Positions 31,660 through 46,549 of a stretch of DNA of 64,000 nucleotides are shown here, piece after piece. The DNA lies in contig OZ024760.1 of assembly GCA_964016885.1 (NCBI GenBank), positions 22,816,001-22,880,000 of the forward strand. The letters run 5' to 3'. Under the pieces are notes generated by a model, which worked only from the letters and a program-made list of their open reading frames with translations, was not told where the DNA came from and searched no databases. The position numbers and the translations under genes were made by a program. How positions within the stretch are numbered: the stretch's first letter is position 1; each line of letters opens with the position of its first letter. The stretch is from Eledone cirrhosa. Lineage: Eukaryota.

Positions 31660-31691
<32 letters not shown>

Positions 31692-31868
31692 TACATACTT
31701 ATATATATATATATATATACATATATACATACTTATATATATATATATATATATACATACTTATATATATATATATATATATACATATATACATACTTAT
31801 ATATATATACATATATACATACTTATATATATATATATACATATATACATACTTATATATATATATAT

Positions 31869-31913
<45 letters not shown>

Positions 31914-32006
31914 TACATACTTATATATATACATATATATATACATATATACATACTTATATATATACATATATATATATACGAATATGAACATATATAT
32001 ATAAGT

Positions 32007-32078
<72 letters not shown>

Positions 32079-32478
32079 TGATGATACATATACGATGTCA
32101 ACAGATCAACATACAGAACACAAACTCGCATTTACATAGTTATTCACATACCCACATACACACATACACACACACATCCCCTCTATGTATTAAATTAAAT
32201 CTTGTTATATATTATCGGGTTTAATGTAACAGTTGAGGTCGATATATGTAATTGAAGTTACTGACATTTTAAATTGATGTATAGTATCATTTCTAAATTG
32301 TATATATATATATATATACATTAGACAAACCACGAAAGTATGGTTTACATGTATCAGCTTTCTATTGTGTATTGCCCTGTAACGTGCGTTGCGTAGAAGA
32401 TTTATATCTATATATATAAATTATTAAAAAATAATGAATAAACAAAGAAACAGTTCCTTATATTAAACAAAAAAAGTT

Positions 32479-32617
32479 CATTATTTTACGATCGTTTCTA
32501 GGACATATATGTGTTAGAATTGGTATGCATATTCAAAAGATCTATGTACAAAATTATACAAACTATCAAAGAGAATATACATACCTTCACCTATATATGC
32601 TGTCTTCAGAAATAATG
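32479..32617 (-). ncRNA. Type-I hammerhead with long stem II loop
   Basis: Minus strand: CATTATTT-CTGAAGA-CAGCATATAT...ATATATGTCCTA-GAAAC-GATC-GTA-AAATAATG; 8-bp stem I. Confidence 0.75.
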
Positions 32618-32864
32618 ATGCATATTTATTGATAATAACAACAATTCAAAATTACAGGTCTGTTCGGGAACAGATTTTAAATAGACCAATGAAATACATA
32701 AAAATTTATCAAGAAAATACAGTTAGGTCTGTGTATATATGTATGTAAATCCGTTCACAGATGTGCATAAAATTGTATGTTCAAAAGTATACGTATGTTG
32801 AAAAAGTGTATGTAAATATAAAAATTTAGGGCTAATGTATCTGTATGTCTACAATCTACAGACA

Positions 32865-32917
<53 letters not shown>

Positions 32918-33173
32918 CACATACATACATGCACACACATCACATACATACATACATATACATATATACACACACATACACACACATACATACACACACA
33001 CACACACATACATATATATTATTATTATAACTATATGGATATTGAGGCGCTCACATAAACACGCCCACAAACACTTACATTCAGATGCAGAAGTAAAGGA
33101 GGTAAGGGAGTAAGTAATTAAAGGAAAGTGTCAATCTTGACATACTAATAAGAATGTATCCACAAAATTAGAA

Positions 33174-33253
<80 letters not shown>

Positions 33254-33463
33254 CATTTTTTTAAAATTCTGATGTTACCTTAATGTTTATTTATAATAAT
33301 TATTTCAACGGTTCCCTTATGTAATCCATGATGTAATTTATGCATTTGTTGGTTTCGCGAGAACAGTATATTCGGATGAAAATCCGATTTTATGATATGC
33401 TTCAGGCTAAAAATCCTTTTTACGTGTGCCCTGCATATACACACACACACACACACACATATA

Positions 33464-33542
<79 letters not shown>

Positions 33543-33691
33543 GGGCGTGGGTATAGTTATGTGTATCAGTGGCGTGTGTATGTAGTTATATATGCACAGG
33601 AGACACAATTATGTGTATGTCTGTCTGTGAACTTTTCTTTGAAGAATGTTCCCAAATATTTAATGATACGCAGTTATTATATGGAAGTCCA

Positions 33692-33745
<54 letters not shown>

Positions 33746-33804
33746 CAAGGCTCTAAAACCATCAACACCATAAACACAGAGCTGGCATATCTAAGAACTG
33801 ACTA

Positions 33805-33860
33805 ACTGCCTGATGAGGTCATAGCCATTCAATAGCTATCATCGAAATATATATAGCAGT
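33805..33860 (+). ncRNA. Minimal type-I hammerhead ribozyme
   Basis: ACTGC-CTGATGA-GGTCATAGC...GCTATCATC-GAAA-T-ATAT-A-TA-GCAGT, in a ~165-bp island between (TA)n tracts. Confidence 0.88.
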
Positions 33861-33904
33861 AAATAAAGGATGATGAGTTCATGCAATTGAGTTATGTTTC
33901 GTCA

Positions 33905-33955
<51 letters not shown>

Positions 33956-33960
<5 letters not shown>

Positions 33961-34576
33961 TCAAAATGGCCCGGCGTTGCTCGGAATTCTAAACATAGAT
34001 CGGCATGTTTATAATACATATAAAACATTATAGCAAGAATATAAATAATAGCAAAGAATATACAATAAATGTAAGACAATTGTGTAGTGAGCGTATACAT
34101 ATAGGTGTTATATGTATTATAAGATATATTAGTTATAGGTGAAAAGATATAGGTGAACAGTTTGATAATGTTAGTCATAAAGATTATGTAGAAAATGGTA
34201 ATATTTAGAGTTGTGAAGTGTTATTTCTGCTCTGTTGTATATATGATATTTTACATTGAGCTAATAATCTTACGGGTAATCGGGTAATACACAATATTAC
34301 CCGTATCTTATTTATAATTATATATATATTATATATATATTATATATATAAGTATAACTGGAAAGTTTGTTGAAATGAATACCAAGCCACTACCTGCAGC
34401 CTCAGATATTCAGGACGTATCGGAGGGTTCTTGCTGTTCCCAGCAAGCATGCCTTTTGAAGCGTTCCAAAAAGCGTGAAGAGGCCAATTTTATTTAACCA
34501 TCCCTGGAAACCTTTTGAGATAGTCCCTAGTGCGCCTATGACAATCAGGATCACCTTGACTTCATGGCAGTTCCAA

Positions 34577-34608
<32 letters not shown>

Positions 34609-35052
34609 CCGTATCTTTCCACTGAATTAATTAAAAGTTTTTAGAAGCAAAGTCAATGCAGACAGGCAGCCAGGCAGCCAGGCAGCCAGGCAGGCAGATA
34701 TATAATAAACGTGTGACGTTATAGCTATGTATCTAATGTAGACAGCCAGACATACAGATACATACTATAAGGGCGCGACGTTATAGCTATGTATCTATCT
34801 AAAAAGACAGACTAAGCACAAGAGAGGAATGTCGTATAACCGGAAGCGTTGACGTTTGAAAATTTTAAAGAAGTGAATATTTAAATAAACGATAAAATAT
34901 CTTCAATCTTTTAACGAAATTTAGAAGACAGAATAACCTCACTTTCTTACTTGGAAAAAGGTACATCTATGGTGCAAAGTTGGTGCTGTTTGGTCCAGCT
35001 GTTTGGCGAAAAGTGTCTTATATACATACGGCCGTCAGCTTTATAATATGTA
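33956..35052 (-). mobile_element. Probable non-autonomous Helitron
   Basis: Minus-strand 3' GC hairpin CCGAGCAACGCCGGG ~10 nt before a CTA(T) end; 5' end ATATTATAAAGCTGACGG; internal short repeats. Confidence 0.5.
34352..34578 (-). mobile_element. R4/Dong-like LINE 3' fragment
   Basis: Translates VILIVIGALGTISKG...LQKACLLGTARTLRYVLNI*, typical of the RLE-clade C-terminus; abuts (TAA)n at 34578-34604. Confidence 0.75.
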
Positions 35053-35076
35053 TGTATATATATAATATATATATGT

Positions 35077-35843
35077 GGATGAATCTATATCCTGATTCTT
35101 TTTGAATTGAGTTTGAATTATTTTCCCACATCTTGCGTTAACTATTTTTCCATTTTGACGCTATAGTCACTTATATATTATGGAATACTATTGGCTTTTT
35201 GCTACAATAATTTCTATACTTTTCATTTATATTTATACTCGGATTTCTTTCCTAGAGTGCTTAAAATTTATTTGTGACTAATCCCGGTCTTTTTTTAAAA
35301 AAAAACCGCGATAATATTGCTTTTGCTGAACTCCTTATATTGTAGATTTTTTTTCGGAATGTTTTTGACTGTTGTTTCATGTAAACGGATATTCGTCTCA
35401 TTCTGACGTCACGAGCCTTGTCTTTACATGTGCGTTTTTCTTCATAATTACGCATAATGTTGAACTAGCCTGCTTTTAAATTCCCTTTTTGGCATATTAT
35501 AAACAGTGGTAATTTGGGTATCGTGTCTTTGAGGTCTGCTGATGATCGATTCCAACCGTGACCATCCCCACTGAAAGTTTCGTGAAATAGTCTTTAAGAC
35601 TATGCAGAGGATTGTAGTTTTTCCAAATTGAAGGATGAGTATTTTAAACTTTATTTTATTCTGGATTTTTCCCTGGATTTCACCAAATTCTGTTGGATGA
35701 ATCTATATCCTGATTCTTTTTGAATTGCGTTTGAATTATTTTCCCACATCTTACGTTAACTATTTTCCCATTTTGACGCTATAGTCACTTATATATTATG
35801 GAATACTGTTGGCTTCTTGCTACAATAATTTCTATACTTTCCA
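35077..35843 (+). mobile_element. PLE-type element with ~146-bp direct repeat
   Basis: 35077-35222 matches 35694-35840; hammerhead at 35535; tail stem-loop at 35237-35258. Confidence 0.65.
35535..35608 (+). ncRNA. Hammerhead variant with full stem III and G at the cleavage position
   Basis: TCTG-CTGATGA-TCGA...TCGT-GAAA-TAGTC-TTTAA-GACTA-TG-CAGA. Confidence 0.65.
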
Positions 35844-35861
35844 TATATATATATATATAAT

Positions 35862-36059
35862 ATGGAAAACGAAGAATCAGTGATGCGTCGGAACGCAATT
35901 TATTAACGTATTACAATTGTTTATTCGGCAAACAGCTCGATGTGGGATCTGTCTCTTGGATCGAACCTGACTCTGGATTCGCATGCGCCTCAGATACGTC
36001 CGAAGGACCATAGAGTACTCAACTGGTATATCACCTATGGATGCATCCAAGCGACCTTA

Positions 36060-36062
<3 letters not shown>
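35862..36062 (+). mobile_element. PLE-type 3'-end fragment
   Basis: Between (TA)n tracts; tail stem-loop ACTC-TGG...CCA-TA-GAGT at 35970-36016; AAACAATTGTA on the minus strand. Confidence 0.5.
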
Positions 36063-36096
<34 letters not shown>

Positions 36097-36100
<4 letters not shown>

Positions 36101-36609
36101 AATGTAATCTGAGTTTTTCGAATATTAATAATAACATTCGATTCGTTTGCAATTATGTAAACAAGCCTCAATTTTATAGCCATGTCAATAGAATGAACAC
36201 TTCATTCTTGCTTTTGTGTTGGCATGCGAACAGAACTGCAGACACTAATGTTTCTGGGTATCACCCTTCATCAGTACGGCTTACTGTTCACCTGCCAAAC
36301 TGTCAGAGCTAGTGAAAATATATGCTATTTTCAAAAATACAAAGTGACTGATCAGCTTGATTTGCATATTAACAGACTGGCTGATCAGTCAGATCTGCAT
36401 ATTAGCAGATCCACTGATCAGCCAGAAACATTAGTGTCTGCAGTTCTGTTCACATGACAACATAAGAGCAAGAATGAAGTGTTCATTCTACTGACATGGC
36501 TATAAAATTGAGGCTTGTTTGCAAAATTGCAAACGAATCGAATGCTGTTATTAATATTCGAAAAACTCAGATTACATTTATTGTATTCAGTCATGTAGAG
36601 CGAAATTGT

Positions 36610-36612
<3 letters not shown>
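36097..36612 (+). mobile_element. PLE-type inverted-repeat insertion, family J
   Basis: Arms 36097-36258 / 36420-36582 plus a short tail; second copy at 61512-61788 (minus). Confidence 0.65.
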
Positions 36613-36667
<55 letters not shown>

Positions 36668-36670
<3 letters not shown>

Positions 36671-36802
36671 CGAAGGAAATGTGGTAAGGAACCAGGTGGA
36701 CCATAACGCACCAAAGTACTCAATACTTAGGGTAGTAGAGTGGGTAATTGGAACCAGTAAGACCCCGACGGCTGAGCTCAAGCCGTTTCGACGGCTAATT
36801 CT
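36668..36802 (-). mobile_element. PLE-type 3' end, family A
   Basis: Near-identical to 57560-57693; 5'-truncated at GACGGCTAATTCT. Confidence 0.75.
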
Positions 36803-37060
36803 AATATGTCTAAGGCGGGTAAAATTCCCGAGATCCATGGACGAGTTCTCTCCAGCGGTCTCTGTCCCTCATTATCGCTGCCATATCCTGCATCTCCAAC
36901 AGACCAGTGTCTGTCCTTAGGGCATCAACATATGTTAACCTTCGTCTTCCTCTTCTAGTGTGTCCATGTAGGGGCTCCCAAAGGAGCACTGAGTGCAATG
37001 TCAACTCTGGATGTCGGTGAGCATGTCCAGCCAACCTCAGTCTCCTCTGTGTCACTTCTA
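36803..37060 (-). mobile_element. RTE-group LINE 3' fragment
   Basis: RRLRLAGHAHRH...LLWEP...RRGRRRLTYVDAL...MRDRDRWR C-terminal motif. Confidence 0.85.
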
Positions 37061-37464
37061 ATATATATAGTGATATTATATGTAAACTAATTGAATTGCT
37101 ATATAATTGAAGAACGCAACGTTTATATAAGTTAACACACAATTTCTGAGTATAATTGTCCGTTGTCATTTAGATAGAGATGTTACCTGAATATTTGAGA
37201 GAAGATAATTCTACCACCCGCTAGATGCTGATTTAAAGTCAACCAAGCAGATCAGAGGCTGTGTGAAGAGAAAATCTTCTTCGTGAACTAGACAAATGTT
37301 TTAATTACCATTCAACGTGGCGTAGTGGATGGTTGAACGGTTCGGTTTGTTCGTTGCCTGTAATTGAGCCTTGAAATTAAACGTCTGAAGAATAGATGAG
37401 GCAGTATTAGTGGTTGTCTTGTCGGTGATGGTGAAGGTGGTGTTGACTATGACATATATATAGG

Positions 37465-37499
<35 letters not shown>

Positions 37500-37551
37500 C
37501 TAAGTGTAAGTGTGTTGTATATATATGTATTTTATATATAAATTCTATATA

Positions 37552-37603
<52 letters not shown>

Positions 37604-38045
37604 TAGGTATATTTATATATATATATATATTTGTATATATGTATATATATATATATATATAGGTATATTTATATATATATATATAAACATATATATGTAT
37701 ATATATATAGGTATATTTATATATATATATAAACATATATATGTATATATATATATATAGGTATATTTATACATATATATATACATATATATGTACATAT
37801 ATATAGGTATATTTATATATATATATATACATATATATGTATATATATAGGTTTATTTATATATATATATATACATATATATGTATATATATATATAAGT
37901 ATATTTATATATATATATACATATATATGTATATATATATATAGGTATATTTATATATATATATATATACATATATATGTATATATATATATAGGTATAT
38001 TTATATATATATATATATACATATATATGTATATATATATAAGTA

Positions 38046-38081
<36 letters not shown>

Positions 38082-39603
38082 TATATTTATATATATATAT
38101 ACATATATATGAATATATATATAAGTATATTTATATATATATATACATATATATGAATATATATATAAGTATATTTATATATATATATACATATATATAT
38201 ATATACGTATATTTATATATATACATATATATATACATATATATGTATATATATATATATATATAGTATATTTATATATATATACATGTACATATGTAAG
38301 TATATATCGACAGAGATATTGAGAGAGCTAGAGAGAAGCTGTATAAAGAAAGAATTCCACAAAATACTTCTACAGACTGTGATAGAATGAAGAATTGCTT
38401 TAGTTTTACTTCTTTATATCTTGGACAGAATCAATCGAAGAAGTTTCTTATAAATATATTAAAGCCAGACAAATGTTACTTGTTACAATAATGTAATCTT
38501 TCTTATCGTTGTTGTTGGTGGTGTTGGTGTTGGTGTTGTGGGTTGTGGTGATCTTGTTGGTGTTGGTGTTGTTGCTGTTGTTGTTGTTGTTGGTGGTGGT
38601 CTTGTTGTTGTTATTCATCTTTTTCTTGTTCTTCACCATATCCGCGTCCTCCTTCATTTCTTCTTCTTCTTCTTCTTCTTCTTCTTCTTCTTCTTCTTCT
38701 TCTTCTTCTTCTTCTTCTTCTTCTTCTTTTCTCTTCTAACTTCTCCTTCCTTCCTTCCCTCTTGTTCTTGTTGTTTTTGTTCTATTAGAATTTGTTTATA
38801 ATATTATACAAGATAGTTTTTCTTCTATTTTCCTAGTTATATATATTTATCTAGTTTTACATTCACTGTGTTCCACTCTGTCAGACACTAATAGCAGAAC
38901 TATAGTCAATAGTCATTTTGGCAAACTTACTTTCACTAGGTTCAATAATTAGAAATATTTGTGTATGTGCTAAGGGACTGATGTAACTCTCTATCTGAGT
39001 GTGGATATATATATATATATATATAAATATAATTTCAGCGAGATCGTATTTTGGCGGGGCCAAAAACAAAACGAAACGCAATCTTCGAGATATGCGACAA
39101 GCGTTCAATGGACTAAATGAAGACCAGAGCATTTAACATACATTATAAAGGCCAGATAAAATGAAAACAGGGGTCATGAAGCCATCATCGCCCGGAACCC
39201 CCCCCCCCCCCCCCAAAAAAAAAAAAAAAAGAAGCAAGCTAAACAGGTTACCAAATGAATTTACCTGGACCTTCTGGAAAGTGTTGGTAAAATCCAGCGG
39301 GAGGTTTCTGTGACTCCTACTTCAATTATACTGCGTTCTTTCGTTGTAAGTGTTTGGTATAACGATAGAACAAGATAGCCATTTCGTCAAAAGGTATTTT
39401 GTTCTCGGCTGGCGAAAGGGTTCCAACGCAATAGTAGTGAAGTGACTTCCCCTCGTATTTACCCTGCAAGGGAGGTAACCCCAGTTTTTGGCGGGTGCAT
39501 TCAAATACTGCACAAATCGAAGTAAGCTCTCGATGATTGCTAAAGTTGGTTTTGCTGTCGGAAAGCTATCTTAAGTTCTGTCTCAGAGGAGATATTTTTA
39601 AAT

Positions 39604-40490
39604 TGATGATGATGGTGGTGATGGTGATGGTGGTGATGGTGATGGTGGTGATGGTGGTAGCAGTGGTGGTAATGATGGTGATGGTGGTGGTGGTGGTGAC
39701 GATGGTGATGGTGGTAATAATGGTGATGGTGGTGATGGTGGTAGTAGTGGTGATGGTGGTGGTGGTGATGGTGGTGGTGATGGTGATGGTGGTGGTGGTG
39801 ATGGTGGTAGTAGTCGTGGTGATGATGGTGGGATGATGGTGGTGATGGTGGTAGTATTGGCGGAGTGATGGTGGCGGTGACGGTGATGGTGGTGATGATG
39901 TAGGTGATGGTGGTAGTAGCGGTGGAGATGATGGTGATGGTGGTGATGATGATGGTGGTAGTACTGGTGGTAGTAGTGGTGGTAATGGTGATGGTAGTGA
40001 TGTTGATGACATATGTTAACAATCATGGTGGTGACGACGAGGATGGGGGTGGTGATTATAACGGATGTTGGTGTTGTTGATGATGATGATAATTGTTTCT
40101 ACTTTAGGCACAAGGCCAGCAATTATCCCAGTGTATTACTGGTACTTTATTTTATCGACCCCGTAAGGATAAAAGGCAAAGTTTAACCGCGGCGGGATTT
40201 GAACCCAGATCATAAAGGGGCGTAACTCTATGCTGCAAAGCATGGCGTCTGGCTCTCTACCGATATTGACAATCCACCGCCCAAGTATTGCTGATGATGA
40301 TAATGATGGTGATGATGGCGATGAAGATGATGTTGGCATTGATAGTGTTGATGATGATGATGATGATCGCAATGATGGTGTTGATGATGATGACGGTGAT
40401 GTAGTTGCTGTCGATAATGATTGTGATGATTATTAGGAATCGATTATCGATGATGCTGATGCTGAAAACGAGGATGATGATGATGGTAAT
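39604..40490 (+). repeat. (GGT/GAT)n tract containing a minus-strand SINE (40091-40281)
   Basis: Direct reading; the SINE matches consensus. Confidence 0.9.
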
Positions 40491-40679
40491 ATCGATTATA
40501 ATTACGACCTATGAAACAAGAAATATCCTGTCTCAGATTAGTGACAAAATCTCAGCTGCTTAGAGTGATAAATCGATAGATAGTCAGATAGATAGATAGA
40601 TAGATAGGTAGTCAGATAGTTAGGTATGTAGGTACGTACCTAGACAGATAGATAGGTAGTTAGTCATATAGATAGATAG

Positions 40680-41233
40680 GTTTCTTTGTTTGCCACAAGG
40701 GCGCACAAGAAAAGGGGACAAAACAAAGACATATGCTGGGGATTTTACATACAATCGTGTAAAGAAAATATAAAACAAACAATTACAACAGTCGAAATCC
40801 CCAAAAGGGAGAGCGCCACAAATGGGTTGTTTAATAATCCATCGATAGAACAACCCTCAACTCCTGGATCGTGTTGTGCAAGTGCTCCTTTCTTCCTTTT
40901 GCTCTCTTCTTTAACCTACAGGCTTTATAAACAGAGAAGGCCCAATCACTCGAGCTATTTTCGCTTCATTCACCCACCTTTCAGTAAATTTACTGGGGTG
41001 CAGTGCCTCTCTCTCCACCTTGATTCTCCTTCTAAAGTGTTACTGAAAGAAGAGAATCAATTGTTGTCCGGAGAGAAAGGCATCTGTCCTCAGTGCTCTC
41101 AATCTCGTCCACCATATAACTTCTTTCACCATAGCCACTATACAGAGGAAAACCACCGCTCTTTCGTTTATAAAAGATGCTGGTGGTTTGAACCATACTA
41201 TGGACTCGGCAGTCAACTGGATTTGTTCCAACG
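40680..41233 (-). mobile_element. Tx1/L1-like LINE 3' fragment in (GATA)n
   Basis: IQLTAESIVWFKPP...AMVKEVIWWTR, homologous to the adjacent element; flanked by TAGA repeats. Confidence 0.75.
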
Positions 41234-41271
41234 TAGATAGATAGATAGATAGATAGATAGGTAGATAGATA

Positions 41272-42162
41272 TGTTTCTTTATTAGCTACAGGGGAACAAA
41301 AGAAGGGGACAAATACAAAGGGGGAAGTTTACATACAATAAAAACGTGTAAAATATAATCACGAATGCAATTTAAAAATTAGTCGATTTTCCCCAATAGG
41401 GGGAGACATTACATATGGGTAACACATACACCCGAAAAAAATGTGCAACCCTCATCTCCAGGAGTACGAAGAATTTGTACTCCTTTCCTCTTCTCCTTTT
41501 TTTTCCCTCAACCTACAGGCTGATATAGAGAGAAGGCCCATTCACTCGGGCCATTCTCGCCACTTTCACCCACCTTTCATAAAACTTGCTGGGGTACAGC
41601 ACCTCTCTTTCCATATTGATTCTTCTTCCAAAGTGGTATTTGAAAAAAAAAATCAGTTGTTGGCCGGAGAGAAAGGTGTCCTTTCAACCTTGTCCGCCAT
41701 ACAACCTCTTTCGCCATAGCTATCACACAAAGGAAAACCACCTCTCCTTCGTTTTTGAAGGCGGGTGGCGGTTTGATCATGACAATGGACTCGGTGGTCA
41801 ACCGGATTGGTCCCACCCGCGACAATAATCGTTCTACATATCCCCACAGGTCGGTGACGCCCGGGCAGTGTATGAATGCGTGCGCGACGGTTTCTTCGTC
41901 TCGCACGCACATCGGATAGATCTTTTTTGCAGGGTCCCTTCCCGGGCGCCCATATCTGTAGAGCTTGTCTCGAACTGGTAGAGCTCCTCGGTAGCACTGC
42001 CAGGCCAGGGACTTTTAGAAGTTGTCCATCGGTCCCGGGCGGAAGGTCCTACCGAACAGACTGGCCAGTTCGTCTTCCTCTACGCCTAGAGTTTCAGCGA
42101 ACACGTCGTCGCACTTGCTGCGGATCAATCCTCTATAGAATGACGAAATGGAGTCTCCACTG
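41272..42162 (-). mobile_element. Tx1/L1-like LINE 3' fragment with zf-RVT in (GATA)n
   Basis: KSLAWQCYRGALPVRDKL...CVRDEETVAHAFIHCP...LW zinc-knuckle motif, with stops and frameshifts. Confidence 0.8.
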
Positions 42163-42814
42163 AGATAGATAGATAGGTAGGTCCGTAGATACATATGTTG
42201 ATAGAAAGGTAGGTAGGTAGGTAGGTAGATAAGTTGATAGATAGGTAGGTACGTAGATAAATAGGTTGATAAAAAGGTAGGTAGGTAGGTAGGTAGATAA
42301 GTTGATAGATAAGTAATTAGATAGATGTTAGATAGATACATAGATAGGTAGGTAGACAGATGTTAGATAGATACATAGATAGGTAGGTAGATAATGTTAG
42401 ATAGATACATAGATAGGTAGATGCTGATTGGATGGATAGATATATAGATAGAGAGGGAGAGACATAGAGGAAGAGGGTGAGAGAGAGACTGGGGTAGTGT
42501 TAGAAACTGCCTTAGCATAATTCCTGTGAATTCGTTAATGAGAGTTAGATATGCAATTTACCTGTGCAGTCATGAATATTCTAACATTCTGCACTAAACA
42601 ATAACCCTCGCTGCACTTAATACTGCACATCTATAATGATGCAGTTGAAGCTGATACACATTCCTATACGCCTACGCATGCGTGTGACAGTCACGCCTGA
42701 ACGTGTACAAACTCGTATATCCACTTGCACATATACATGCATACACACACACACACATATATATACATATATATATATACACACAAATAATATAATGTAT
42801 ATACATATATATAT

Positions 42815-42872
<58 letters not shown>

Positions 42873-42926
42873 TCATATAAACACATCATAATGTCATATA
42901 TATACTAGATATATATACATATTTCA

Positions 42927-43224
<298 letters not shown>

Positions 43225-43225
43225 C

Positions 43226-43271
<46 letters not shown>

Positions 43272-43295
43272 GTATATATATATATATATATATAC

Positions 43296-43347
<52 letters not shown>

Positions 43348-43534
43348 GTATATATATATATATATATATATATACGTATATATATATATATATATATATA
43401 GGTATAAATATATATACATATATACGTATATATATATATACGTATATATATATATACATATATACGTATATATATAAATACGTATATATATATATATATA
43501 TATTTATATAAACACCTCATAATATATATATATA

Positions 43535-43629
<95 letters not shown>

Positions 43630-43673
43630 GTGTATATATATATATATATATATACACATATATATATATATAT

Positions 43674-43704
<31 letters not shown>

Positions 43705-43814
43705 CACACACATATATATATATATATGCACACATATATATAAATATGCACATATATATACACATATATATATATACATATATATATTGATATATATTGG
43801 TTGCGAAGTTGTTC

Positions 43815-45160
43815 ATGATGATGATTCTTATCATGTTTATTATGACGATTGTAATGAGGACTAGGGAGGTGATGGTGATGATGGTGGTGATGGTGATGGT
43901 GATGATGATGGTTGTGATGGTGGTGATGATGGTGATGGCGATGATGATGTTGGTGACGATGATGATGGTGATGATGATGGTTGTGATGGTGGTTGTGATG
44001 GTGGTTGTGATGATGGTGATGATAATTATTAAGGATGTGATAACAGAGGCCATGATGATAAAGATTACCTTGAATGGCTTGATGGCGGTGGGGTTATTGC
44101 TAACGACGTTGATGGCCATGGTGATTGTGGTGGTGGTGGATGGGGGTGGTGGTGATGATGGTGGTGGTGGTAGTGTTGGTGGTGGTGGAGGTAGTGGTGG
44201 TAGTGGTGGAGGTGGTGCTGGTGGAGGGTGTGGTGGTGGTGTTGGTGGTGGTGGTGCTGGTGTTGGTGGTAGTGGTGGTGGTAGTGTTGATGGTGGTGGT
44301 GGTGGTGTTGGTGGTGGTAGTGTTGGTAGTGGTGGTGGCGGTGCTGGTGTTGGTGGTAGTGGTGGTGGTAGTGTTGGTGGTGGAGGTGGTGGTGGTGTTG
44401 GTGGTGGTAGTGTTGATAGTGGTGGTGGTGGTGCTGGTGTTGGTGGTAGTGGTAGTGTTGGTGGTGGAGGTGGTGGTGCTGGTGTTGGTGGTGGTAGTGT
44501 TGGTGGTAGTATTGGTGGTGGTGGTAGTAGTGGTGGTGGTGGTTTGTGTTGATAGTGGTGGTGGTAGTGTTGGTAGTGGTGGTGGAGGTCGTGGTGCTGG
44601 TGGTGGTGGTGGTGTTGGTGGAGGTGGTGGTGCTGTTGTTGTTGTTGGTGGTGGTGGTAGTGTTGTTGGTGGAGGTGGTGGTAGTGTTGGTGGTGGTCGT
44701 GGTGGTAGTGTTGGTGGTGGTGGTAGTGTTGGTGGTGGTGGTGGAGGTGGGGGTGGTAGGGGTTGTGGTAGATGTGGTGGTGGTAGTGGTGTTGGTGATG
44801 TTGGTGGTGGTGGTGGTGGAGGCGGTGATGACGGTGGTGATAGTGTTGATAGTGATAATGGTGGTGGTGATGATGGTGGCGGTGATGGCGGTGGTGGTGG
44901 TGATGATGGTGATGATGGTGGCGGTGATGGTGGTGGTGGTGATAGTGTTGATAGTGATAATGGTGGTGGTGGTGGTGGTGGTGGTTGTGATGGTGGTGGT
45001 GTTGGTGGTGATGGTGTTGATTGTGATGATGGTGATCATGGTGCTGATGGTGATGGGGATGTTGAGGATGGTTGTTTTGTTGATGATGGTTATGGTGGCG
45101 GTGATGGTTAAGAGTATAAAGGTAACGACGTTAATACTGATGTTGGCGATGATGGTGATA
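43815..45160 (+). repeat. (GAT)n/(GGT)n tract
   Basis: Direct reading; followed by a truncated minus-strand SINE at 45166-45300. Confidence 0.95.
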
Positions 45161-45342
45161 ATAAAGTATTTCTACTTTTGGTACAGAGCCAGCAATTACC
45201 CCAGTGTATTACTGGTACCTTATTTTATCGATCCCCGTAAGGATGAAATGTAAAGTTAACCTCCGCGGGATTTGAGCTCAGACCGTAAAGGGAGGTAACA
45301 ATTGTAAGCAAATAAATGATTTAAACTGAACTTTGATTAATG

Positions 45343-45742
<400 letters not shown>

Positions 45743-45770
45743 TATATATATATATATATACATGTACATA

Positions 45771-45849
45771 CATGCTATCCCCAACAAAATATATACACAC
45801 TTTGACTACAATGCTGTTGAAATGTGCATACATTTTTGGGGTCACCCTG
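45771..45849. mobile_element. Tiny Tc1/mariner-type MITE
   Basis: Right TIR ...TTTTTGGGGTCACCCTG-TA; degenerate left TIR CATGCTATCCCCAACAAAATATATACAC; TA flanks. Confidence 0.55.
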
Positions 45850-45906
<57 letters not shown>

Positions 45907-46211
45907 GTGTGGGTGTGTATATATGTGTGTGTGTGTATATATGTGTGTGTATATGTATGTGTGTGTGTATATATGTCTGTGTATATATATGTGTGCGTCT
46001 GTATATATACATATAAATATGTCTGTCTGTATCTATATATTTGTGTGTATACATATATATGTGTGTGTGTATATATATATATATATATGTGTGCGCGTGT
46101 GTATATATATATGTACATATATATAAGTGTGTGTGTGTATATATATATATGAGTGTCTATATATATATATATATATTTATATATTTATATATATATATAT
46201 ACATATGAGCG

Positions 46212-46242
<31 letters not shown>

Positions 46243-46360
46243 GTGTGTGTGTGTGTATATATATATATATGTGCGTGTATATATATATATATATGTATGT
46301 GTGTGTGCATATATATATACATATATATATACATATATATATATACATATATATATATAC

Positions 46361-46447
<87 letters not shown>

Positions 46448-46450
46448 TAT

Positions 46451-46491
<41 letters not shown>

Positions 46492-46494
46492 TAT

Positions 46495-46549
<55 letters not shown>

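Noticed and set aside
39240-39600. Complex sequence with an ~80-codon open frame on the minus strand
   Set aside because: No recognisable domain or confident splice structure; needs BLASTX/RNA-seq.
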